Positions 7,598 to 14,254 of a stretch of 14,254 nt of DNA are shown here, piece by piece (position 1 is the first letter of the stretch; each line of letters opens with the position of its first letter). Position numbers and translations under genes: made by a program. Below the pieces are notes generated by a model, which was not told the DNA's origin, did no database searches, and worked only from the letters and a program-made list of their open reading frames with translations. The DNA comes from an uncultured delta proteobacterium (GTDB lineage: Bacteria > Myxococcota > Myxococcia > Myxococcales > Anaeromyxobacteraceae): positions 1-14,254 of the forward strand of contig CAWJSR010000032.1 in assembly GCA_963845515.1 (NCBI GenBank), read 5' to 3'.

Positions 7598-8744
7598 TCG
7601 CCATCCACGTTCGCGCACCCGGCGGCTCGCCGGACTCGCGCTCGCCGTGCTCGCGGTCGTCGCCGCGGAGAGGGCGTCGGCAGGCTCCAACACCTCCTTC
7701 TCGGGGACGGCGTACGTCGACTACTGGGGCATGAGCTCCAAGACGGTCGCCAAGCGGTCGCCGTCCGGCGTCACCATCGACGCCGCCATCAAGATGGGCG
7801 TGGACATCAACGACGACCTCACGTTCTCGGCCAAGGCCTGCTTCAGCTGCCACGGCATCGAGTTCGACAACGTGATGCTCGACTGGATGCCCTCGACGAA
7901 GTTCAACGTCCAGGTCGGGCGGCTCCCGATCCCGTTCGGCGAGTTCTCGAACCGTGTGGACCCCTCCGGTCACAAGACCGCCTCGGCGCCGCTCATCTTC
8001 GACATGGGCCGGATGGCCTACGGCGAGAAGAGCGCCATGAACCTGGGCGTGATCCCGCTGCCGTACACGGACACCGGGGTGATGGTCTACGGGCAGTTCT
8101 TCCTGATGGACGCGCTCCAGGTCTGGTACGGCGCCTACGGCACCGCAGGCATGCGCGGCGGGAACGACCTGGACTTCATCGCGACACGCTCGCCCTACTA
8201 CACCGACAACAACCGCGTCCCCGCGGGCGGCGGCAGGGTCGTCATGACCTACGCCTCGGAGGGCGGCAGCCTGCTCGGTGACGTGAGCGTGGGCGCGTCG
8301 GCCACGGCCGGCAGGTACGACCGTGACGCCCAGCTCGGCTACCTCGCCTGGGGTGCCGACGCCTCCATGATGCTCGGGCGGATCACGCTCCGCGGCGAGT
8401 ACGCCACCCGACAGACCGACCTCGACCCGGACGCGAGCTACCCGTACGCGCTCGTCGATCCGTGGCTCAGCAAGGAGGGCTGGTACGCCGAGGTGGAGTT
8501 CCCCCTGCCGCCGATGGACCGTTGGGTCAGCGCCGCCCTGCGGTACGATGAGCTGAACCGGCGGGGGACCCCGCTCTCCGCCAGCTCGCAGCTCTCCACC
8601 GACAGCACCATCTCGCGCTACACCGCCGGCCTCTTCATCATCCCGGCACCTTCGCTCTACCTCAAGGTCGGCTACGAGTTCTGGAGCGCGACCGACTTCC
8701 CCGCCTTCCACGCCGGCCACCTAGGATTCGGAGGATCTTTCTGA
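7590..8744 (+). CDS. Outer-membrane beta-barrel porin (OprO/OprP-like superfamily) containing an internal CxxCH motif
   Basis: Signal peptide (RTRRLAGLALAVLAVVAAERASA), alternating beta-strand patterns (FSGTAYVDYW, FNVQVGRLPIPFG, GWYAEVEF, AALRYDEL, LYLKVGYEFW), a C-terminal Phe (LGFGGSF), and CFSCH at 7839-7853. Confidence 0.85.
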   Translation: MTDRHPRSRTRRLAGLALAVLAVVAAERASAGSNTSFSGTAYVDYWGMSSKTVAKRSPSGVTIDAAIKMGVDINDDLTFSAKACFSCHGIEFDNVMLDWMPSTKFNVQVGRLPIPFGEFSNRVDPSGHKTASAPLIFDMGRMAYGEKSAMNLGVIPLPYTDTGVMVYGQFFLMDALQVWYGAYGTAGMRGGNDLDFIATRSPYYTDNNRVPAGGGRVVMTYASEGGSLLGDVSVGASATAGRYDRDAQLGYLAWGADASMMLGRITLRGEYATRQTDLDPDASYPYALVDPWLSKEGWYAEVEFPLPPMDRWVSAALRYDELNRRGTPLSASSQLSTDSTISRYTAGLFIIPAPSLYLKVGYEFWSATDFPAFHAGHLGFGGSF

Positions 8745-9085
8745 TGAAGCCCCTCGCTTTCGCAGCCGTCCTCGTCGCGCTCTCCGGACTCGCCATCGCC
8801 GCCGAGCCCGAGAAGGCCCCGCCCGATCCCCGCGACAGCGGGCCCGACAAGATCGACGTCTCGGACTACCCGTCCGAGCAGCAGAAGCGGTACCCGGTCT
8901 TCGAGAAGAAGTGCGCCAAGTGCCACCCGGTGGCGCGCGCGATCAACTCGCGCTTCAACGCCTCCGAGTGGAAGCGCTACATGAAGCGGATGGTCCGCCG
9001 CCCCAACGCCGGCGTCACCGACGACCAGGCGGACGAGATCTACGAGTTCCTGAAGTTCTACTCCGCCAAGCTGGGCGTGCAGTAG
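8744..9085 (+). CDS. Periplasmic monoheme cytochrome c (c-551/PscC heme-domain-like)
   Basis: Sec signal MKPLAFAAVLVALSGLAIA, heme motif FEKKCAKCH (8912-8926), candidate axial Met in WKRYMKRM, and C-terminal helix DDQADEIYEFL. TGATG coupling to the porin. Confidence 0.88.
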   Translation: MKPLAFAAVLVALSGLAIAAEPEKAPPDPRDSGPDKIDVSDYPSEQQKRYPVFEKKCAKCHPVARAINSRFNASEWKRYMKRMVRRPNAGVTDDQADEIYEFLKFYSAKLGVQ

Positions 9086-9099
9086 GAGCGCGGGGCCTG

Positions 9100-12009
9100 A
9101 TGGCGCGCGCCACCCCGCTCGTCCACGCAGTCGCGATCGCTGCCTGGGCGATGGCCGCTGCCTGCGCCCGCGCGCCGGAGCTGGAGGAGAAGGGCGACGC
9201 GACGATCCAGGCCGGCGACCCGGCGGTGGCGATCGAGTCGGCGGCGGTCGTGAGCGGCAAGGTGGTGGTCACCTACAGCCTCACCGACCGCGGGACTCCG
9301 ATCACCGGGGCGAACGCGTCCGCGCTGAACCCGGCGTGGACGCTCGCCTGGCTCGACGTCGAGCCGGTCTCGGGGCTCCCCGCGTGGCGGAGCATGATCC
9401 CGACGGGTCGCCAGACGATCGGCTGCCTGCCACCGGGAGGGCCGGGGACACCCGGCACGTGCGTTCCGGACACCTCCCCGACGGCGCAGCCGGGCGACAT
9501 GGTGACGAGCGGGCAGTTCGTCGGCAACAGCGCGGCCGCGCCGCTGAAGCAGCCGGGCAGCGAGAGCAGCGTCGCCTCGGGGGCCTTCGTGCGGACCGAG
9601 GAGCTGGGGGGCGGCCGCTTCAGGTACACCTTCCTCGAGGCCCTGCCGTCCGGCTTCAACCTCGGCGCGACCCTCCGCGTGGGCGTGGTGCTGTACGGCG
9701 TCGCCAACGGCACCGCGAACACCTGCGCCACCTGGGACTTCGTCCCGAACGGCGGCGCGATCCAGTCATACGAGACGACGCGGGACGTGAACTGCAACGC
9801 GTGCCACGGCCTGTTCAAGATTCACGGCAACCGCTACACGGGCGTGAAGTTCTGCCTCACCTGCCACACCTGGCAGCATGCCGATCCGGACACGGTCGAC
9901 CCGGCGGCGATGGACCTCGGGAAGCGGGACACCGCGCTGCCCCCGACCGATCCACCGGTCAAGTCCACCTACCCCAACCCGCTGGAGCTTGGGCGGCTCG
10001 TCCACCGCATCCACCGCGGGAAGAACCTGCCGACCCTCTACCTCTCGCCCACCTGTTACGCCGGGACAACGGCGCCCGCCGGGACCGCGGTCTGCAACGT
10101 GACGGCGCTCCCGCCTGTCTTCCCTCCGGACGGGCCGCCTGCGTCGCCGCCCGCGCTGCCGTTCCGCCCCGGGCGCTACGGCGCCGCGCCGATCGGGTCC
10201 CGCTACAGCGTCATCGGCTACTCGAGCATCGAGTACTTCTTCGGGCGGGTCGCCACCCGGACCGAGAACCAGCGGCCGGCGGTGACTGCCGTCGAGGGGG
10301 TCGGCTACCCGCAGGATCTCCGCAACTGCGATGCATGCCACCTGGGCGCGCCGCAGGCGAGCGCGACGGTCACGTCGATCTCGCGCAGGACCTGCTCTGG
10401 ATGCCACCCCGAGGTCTGGTACGGCGCGGTCTCGGGTCCTGCGGAGCTCGATCCGGTCCACATGGCTCACTCCGGCGGCCCGCAGGCCGACGACGGCGCC
10501 TGCCGCGACTGCCACGTCGAGCCGCGCGCGGGAGGCCCCACCCGGTGGGTGCCGATCGCCGAGGCCCACCTCGCCCCGGTCAAGAACCCACGCTCGAAGC
10601 TGCCGAGGTTCGAGATCGTGGAGGTCCAGAGCCTCCTGCCAGGCACGCCCGGCAGCCCCGGGACGCCAGGGCCGGCCACCGCGACCATCAAGTTCAAGGT
10701 GAGCGACCCCGTCGGTCCGCTGACGTCGCTCGGCAGCCCATCACCTGCCATGGACCCCGACACGAGCTCGCCGAGCCCGGTGCCGCGCAAGCTCACGTCG
10801 CTGGGTTTCCGGATCGGTGGGCCGAACAGCGACTTCCTGACTGGGGGGGGGCACGAGACCGCGTTCACCTCGACCACACCCGCAACCTACACGCGAACCT
10901 TCTCGTACTCGATCACCTCGTCGACCTCGGCGACGGCGGTGGCCCCGCCATGGCAGGTGGCCTGCACGACGCCCTTGCTGACGCTGACCGCGGACGCGAG
11001 CGGCGTCTTCACCTGCACCTTCCCGAACCCGCTCGCCGACCTGAACCTGGTCCCGGGGAAGGTGGAGGCGGCGGGCTACTGGACCATCGGAGTGGAGGGG
11101 CGGCGCGCGAGCAGCGCGGCGGCGCTCGTGCCGCCGGTGCTCTCCACCAGCCCCTGGTATGGATGGGCCCTGGGGTACGATCCGGTGTCGGATCGGTTCC
11201 GCTGGCCCTTCACCGGCGAGGCGGTCACGGAGGCTGGTGAGAACGTCTTCGTCTCGGTGGACCTCGCGACGGGCCGGATCGCGTCGCAGCCTTCCGCGGC
11301 GCGCCGCACCGTCGTCGCCAAGGAGCGGTGCAACGCCTGCCACCTGCGGCTGGCCTTCCACGGGCAGAGGACCGAGCCCAAGGCGTGCCTCTTCTGCCAC
11401 GCTCCCGACGCCACCGACTGGATGTACCGGCCGCGCGACCTCCGTCCCACCGTCGGCACCGGGATGGTCCTGCTCTGGGATCCGCTCGAGTACCCCCCCG
11501 ACACGACGAAGGCCTGGACCTACGCGACCGCCGACGGGATCGAGGAGCGCTCGATCAGCCTCAAGGTGATGATTCACAGGATCCACACCGGCGAGAGTGA
11601 GGGGGTCGCGTCGCTCGAAGGGATCCGCCCGTTCGTCATCCACGCGGGCGCGACGCGCCCGGCGTTCCTCGACGACGTCCGCTTTCCGAACGCTCTCGCC
11701 AACTGCGAGGCGTGCCACGTTCCGGGAACCTGGGCGGCCGAGGCCGTCCCGCTGGACGCGGCGCCCACGAGCGCAAACGAGCGCGGCTCGATCCTTCACG
11801 TCGGGACGGCTGCGAGCCCGGCCAGGCCCACTCACGCGTCGGCCTCGGAGAAGGTGCTGCCGGTGACGGCGGCATGCCTCGGCTGCCACACGAGCGGCGC
11901 GGCTGCTGACCACGCGGCCGGCAAGACGTCCGGCGGCGTCGAGCTGTGCCCGTCGTGCCACGGCGCGAGCGGCGGCGAGTCCGTCCGCAAGTGGCACGCA
12001 GTGCCCTGA
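9100..12009 (+). CDS. OmcA/MtrC-family decaheme c-type cytochrome lipoprotein
   Basis: SD AGGAG 9084-9088, ATG 9100 and lipobox AAAC. Ten CxxCH motifs form two penta-heme blocks (CNACH, CLTCH, CDACH, CSGCH, CRDCH at 9793-10515; CNACH, CLFCH, CEACH, CLGCH, CPSCH at 11329-11961), each preceded by a heme-free beta-rich domain. HRIHxG and (Y/F)PxxLxNC occur in both halves. Confidence 0.93.
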   Translation: MARATPLVHAVAIAAWAMAAACARAPELEEKGDATIQAGDPAVAIESAAVVSGKVVVTYSLTDRGTPITGANASALNPAWTLAWLDVEPVSGLPAWRSMIPTGRQTIGCLPPGGPGTPGTCVPDTSPTAQPGDMVTSGQFVGNSAAAPLKQPGSESSVASGAFVRTEELGGGRFRYTFLEALPSGFNLGATLRVGVVLYGVANGTANTCATWDFVPNGGAIQSYETTRDVNCNACHGLFKIHGNRYTGVKFCLTCHTWQHADPDTVDPAAMDLGKRDTALPPTDPPVKSTYPNPLELGRLVHRIHRGKNLPTLYLSPTCYAGTTAPAGTAVCNVTALPPVFPPDGPPASPPALPFRPGRYGAAPIGSRYSVIGYSSIEYFFGRVATRTENQRPAVTAVEGVGYPQDLRNCDACHLGAPQASATVTSISRRTCSGCHPEVWYGAVSGPAELDPVHMAHSGGPQADDGACRDCHVEPRAGGPTRWVPIAEAHLAPVKNPRSKLPRFEIVEVQSLLPGTPGSPGTPGPATATIKFKVSDPVGPLTSLGSPSPAMDPDTSSPSPVPRKLTSLGFRIGGPNSDFLTGGGHETAFTSTTPATYTRTFSYSITSSTSATAVAPPWQVACTTPLLTLTADASGVFTCTFPNPLADLNLVPGKVEAAGYWTIGVEGRRASSAAALVPPVLSTSPWYGWALGYDPVSDRFRWPFTGEAVTEAGENVFVSVDLATGRIASQPSAARRTVVAKERCNACHLRLAFHGQRTEPKACLFCHAPDATDWMYRPRDLRPTVGTGMVLLWDPLEYPPDTTKAWTYATADGIEERSISLKVMIHRIHTGESEGVASLEGIRPFVIHAGATRPAFLDDVRFPNALANCEACHVPGTWAAEAVPLDAAPTSANERGSILHVGTAASPARPTHASASEKVLPVTAACLGCHTSGAAADHAAGKTSGGVELCPSCHGASGGESVRKWHAVP

Positions 12010-12197
12010 GAGCCAGGATCACTCCCGTCGCCGGCAGGCCGCCGCACGGGGCTCCCAAACTCCCGAGTCTCCCGAACCCCATCACGGGGCAGCGGAACCC
12101 CTCGAAAAGAGTAGGGATAGGGTTCGGCTCGACTCTTGAAAGGTGGACGGTAGAGAGTCACGCGGCGTACGAGAACCGGCCAGTCCAGAGGTGAGAG

Positions 12198-12752
12198 ATG
12201 CACGGCGTAGCAACCACACCAGTTCCGCTTCCTGGCTCGCCGCACGCGCGCCCCGTTGCGGCAAGGCTCGCGCCTGCAGGCCCGGCAAGAGCGGCAGCGG
12301 TGCCGGTGCCCTCGGCATACGTCCACCCCGGGCGGCTCATGGCCGCCGTCGGCGCCAGCGACTTCACGACCGTGGTCGGCTCCGGTGTGGTCGTCTGTGT
12401 CTGGGATCCGATCGCCGACGTCGCCGGAATGACCCATTTCCTCCTCCCCGACAAGGGGAGCGCGGCCCCCGCCCCCCGCTTCGGCGACGTCGCCATGAAG
12501 CAGCTCGTCGAGGATCTCTCGCGGCTCGGCGCCCAGGCGCCCCGCCTGCGCGCTGCGGTCGTCGGCGGTAGCGCGCCCCCGATCGCCGCGGAGAGCGGTC
12601 ACCTGGGCGAGCGGAACGTCGCGGCCGCGCAGCAGTTCCTCGCCTCGCAAGGGATCGCCATCGTCCAGAAGGACGTCGGCGGCGCCGGCGGGCGCAAGGT
12701 GGTCTTCGCGCCCGGAACGGGCAAGGCCGAGGTCACCCGCCTCAACGGATAG
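12198..12752 (+). CDS. cheD: CheD-family chemoreceptor glutamine deamidase homolog (catalytic Cys replaced by Gly)
   Basis: SD-like GAGGTGA upstream. The motifs YVHPG, TTVVGSGVVVCVWD, GMTHFLLP, RFGDVAM, GERN and DVGGAGGRKVVF match the CheD pattern. Confidence 0.9.
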   Translation: MHGVATTPVPLPGSPHARPVAARLAPAGPARAAAVPVPSAYVHPGRLMAAVGASDFTTVVGSGVVVCVWDPIADVAGMTHFLLPDKGSAAPAPRFGDVAMKQLVEDLSRLGAQAPRLRAAVVGGSAPPIAAESGHLGERNVAAAQQFLASQGIAIVQKDVGGAGGRKVVFAPGTGKAEVTRLNG

Positions 12753-12780
12753 TGGATTCAGCAGCGCGCGGGCTCCCCCC

Positions 12781-12804
12781 GGGCCGCCTCCAACGAGGCG
12801 GCCC
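12781..12804 (+). terminator. Terminator-like hairpin after cheD
   Basis: Perfect 10-bp stem GGGCCGCCTC-caac-GAGGCGGCCC, 28 nt after the cheD stop. It is followed by TCGTCGTTTC, only a weak U-tract. Confidence 0.55.
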
Positions 12805-12807
12805 TCG

Positions 12808-12847
12808 TCGTTTCGGGATCGTCACGTCGTCGCCGTGCGCTCGCCAT
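12808..12847 (+). promoter_or_regulatory. Putative PHO box (PhoB-type 11-nt phased direct repeats) upstream of pstS
   Basis: TCGTTTC (12808), TCGTCAC (12819), TCGCCGT (12830) and TCGCCAT (12841) have an exact 11-nt period, resemble the CTGTCAT half-site and sit directly upstream of pstS. Confidence 0.6.
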
Positions 12848-12870
12848 GCCGCATGGGCATCTTCACGCCC

Positions 12871-13668
12871 ATGAAAAGAATCCTGCTCTTCGCGGCGGTC
12901 CTCCTCGCCCCCGCGCTCACCCTCGCCGGGAACACGACGGTGAAGGGCTCCGACACGATGGTGGTCCTCGCGCAGCGCTGGGCCGAGGCCTGGATGAAGC
13001 AGCAGCCCACCCGGAAGATCCAGGTGACGGGCGGCGGCAGCGGCACCGGGATCGCGGCCCTCATCAACGGCACCACGGACATCGCCACGGCCTCGCGGGC
13101 CATGAAGGCGGACGAGAAGGCGAAGCTCAAGACGGCCGGCGCGGACGCCGTCGAGACGACCGTCGCACGCGACGGCGTGGCCATCTACGTCAACACGACC
13201 AACCCCGTCGAGACGCTCACGGTGAAGCAGATCGAGGGCATCTACCTCGGCGACATCACCAACTGGAAGGAGGTCGGCGGCCGCGACGCGCCCATCGTCC
13301 TCTACTCCCGCGAGAACTCCTCGGGGACCTACGTCTTCGTGAAGGAGCACGTCCTGAAGGGCGAGGACTTCGCCGCGAGGGCCCAGACGCTCCCCGGCAC
13401 CGCGGCGGTCGTCAACGCGGTCTCCAGGGAGAAGAACGGGATCGGCTACGGGGGCGGCGCCTACGCCAAGGGGGTGAAGGAGGTGAAGGTCGAGGGCATC
13501 GCCCCGACGAAGGAGGCGGTCCTCTCGGGCAAGTACCCGCTGGCGAGGCCGCTCTTCGTCTACACGAGGGGCGCGCCCGCCGGAGAGGTCAAGGAGTTCA
13601 TCGACTTCTGCCTCTCCACGGCCGGCCAGAGGATCGTCTCCGACGTCGGCTACTTCCCGGTCAAGTAG
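12871..13668 (+). CDS. pstS: Phosphate ABC transporter substrate-binding protein PstS
   Basis: Signal peptide MKRILLFAAVLLAPALTLA, with motifs VKGSDTM, GGGSGTGIAALINGTTDIATASR, RENSSGTY and YPLARPLFVY. It lies adjacent to pstC. Confidence 0.95.
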   Translation: MKRILLFAAVLLAPALTLAGNTTVKGSDTMVVLAQRWAEAWMKQQPTRKIQVTGGGSGTGIAALINGTTDIATASRAMKADEKAKLKTAGADAVETTVARDGVAIYVNTTNPVETLTVKQIEGIYLGDITNWKEVGGRDAPIVLYSRENSSGTYVFVKEHVLKGEDFAARAQTLPGTAAVVNAVSREKNGIGYGGGAYAKGVKEVKVEGIAPTKEAVLSGKYPLARPLFVYTRGAPAGEVKEFIDFCLSTAGQRIVSDVGYFPVK

Positions 13669-13690
13669 CCGGCCGACGCCCGGACCTCAG

Positions 13691-13730
13691 ACGTTTCCGT
13701 TTCGTCACAGCCCCGCCATGCCCGCGCAAT
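13691..13730 (+). promoter_or_regulatory. Second putative PHO box upstream of pstC
   Basis: ACGTTTC (13691), TCGTCAC (13702), CCGCCAT (13713) and GCGCAAT (13724) have an 11-nt period and mirror the array before pstS. Confidence 0.5.
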
Positions 13731-13753
13731 CGCGCCACCCTACAAGTTGGGCC

Positions 13754-14254
13754 ATGGACGCAGCGACGATCACGGCCGGCGGGCGCCCCGCCTCCCCTTC
13801 CAGGAGCCGGCGGCGCCAGCTCCGCGAGAAGGCCATCGAGGCCGCCATCACGATCGTGGCGCTGACCGGGATCGCCGCCGTCGCGCTCATCTTCGTCTTC
13901 GTCGCGAAGGAGGCGCTGCCGCTCCTCCTCGACGCGGAGGTCCGCGCCGAGGCGAGCCCCTCGAAGATGTTCCTCCCCCAGGTGCTCCGGCAGGGGAAGC
14001 CCGCCGGGTTCATGTGGCAGCCCGTCTCGACCATCCCGAAGGTCTCCATGATCCCGCTCTTCATCGGGACGCTGAAGGCCACGCTGGTCGCGATGCTGGC
14101 GGCGGTGCCGCTGGGGATCGCCGCGGCGCTCTTCAGCGCCGAGTTCGCGCCGCGCCGCCTCCGCGAGGTGGTGAAGCCGGTCATCGAGCTCCTCGCCGGC
14201 GTTCCCTCGGTGGTCCTCGGCTTCTTCGCCCTGATGGTGATGGCGAGCGTGCTG
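13754..14254 (+). CDS. pstC: Phosphate ABC transporter permease PstC (3'-truncated by window end)
   Basis: Not in the ORF track because it has no stop in the window. From ATG 13754 it reads MDAATITAGG...IAAVALIFVFVAKEALP...WQPVS...IPLFIGTLKATLVAMLAAVPLGIAAALFSAEFAP...KPVIELLAGVPSVVLGFFAL, typical PstC motifs. Confidence 0.93.
   Translation, partial: MDAATITAGGRPASPSRSRRRQLREKAIEAAITIVALTGIAAVALIFVFVAKEALPLLLDAEVRAEASPSKMFLPQVLRQGKPAGFMWQPVSTIPKVSMIPLFIGTLKATLVAMLAAVPLGIAAALFSAEFAPRRLREVVKPVIELLAGVPSVVLGFFALMVMASVL

Noticed and set aside
4450..7693. Long alternative-frame and antisense ORFs (4820-7693 -, 5575-7287 -, 4450-5826 +, 6025-7593 +)
   Set aside because: These are Arg/Ala/Gly/Pro-rich shadow ORFs of the GC-rich MCP gene with no recognisable motifs. 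Only the short stretch from GTG 7132 is used, as the probable lipoprotein start.
7590..8744. Calling the porin MtrB or Cyc2
   Set aside because: It is far shorter than MtrB, and it lacks the Cyc2 N-terminal PxFAR...CxxCH plug.
11992..12006. Sigma-54 promoter at TGGCACGCAGTGC
   Set aside because: GG and GC are 8 nt apart rather than the required 10, and the site lies within the decaheme coding end.
12088..12160. c-di-GMP-I/GEMM, c-di-AMP or Moco riboswitch before cheD
   Set aside because: CCCTCGAAAAGAGTAGGGA resembles a GEMM P2 stem, but the following CGCAAAGCC and tetraloop-receptor elements are missing. Motifs of the other classes are absent or out of order.
7536..12650. Shadow ORFs over the porin, decaheme and cheD genes (7536-8720 -, 9336-11240 +, 10741-11997 -, 11832-12650 -)
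   Set aside because: They overlap well-supported genes and are explained by stop-codon scarcity at high GC.
4478..12870. ORF-track starts at 4478, 8911 and 12835
   Set aside because: The downstream ATGs at 4577, 9100 and 12871 place the TM or signal peptides at the N-terminus, and the first two have SD-like sequences.
1..14254. CRISPR array, tRNA/rRNA, transposase or phage genes
   Set aside because: By eye I found no regularly spaced repeats, RNA-gene signatures or mobile-element protein motifs.

Overview
The window is GC-rich bacterial DNA with every credible gene on the + strand. From about 4.5 kb onward it resembles Anaeromyxobacter/Myxococcota (inferred from codon style and gene content). 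It has four parts. (1) 1-1450 is riddled with indels: the end of a GNAT acetyltransferase, a beta-class N4/N6 DNA methyltransferase broken by four frameshifts, and the 5' end of L-fucose isomerase (fucI), cut off abruptly at about 1450. This is probably a chimeric or low-quality assembly junction. (2) 1643-4459 is a run of short co-oriented accessory genes: a DUF6680-like protein, a hypothetical, an SMI1/KNR4-Tdi1-like immunity protein, a small membrane protein and a zinc-ribbon protein, two of them frameshifted. (3) 4577-12752 is an apparent operon: a poly-HAMP chemoreceptor, a CX4CH cytochrome c lipoprotein mostly missed by the ORF track, a 384-aa beta-barrel porin with its own internal CxxCH, a monoheme cytochrome c and an OmcA/MtrC-type decaheme lipoprotein. 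No MtrA or MtrB is present. A structured intergenic region and a CheD with Gly in place of its catalytic Cys follow. This unusual porin-cytochrome plus chemotaxis module is the best candidate for an undescribed system. (4) 12781-14254 holds a terminator-like hairpin, PHO-box-like 11-nt phased repeats, pstS and the start of pstC.
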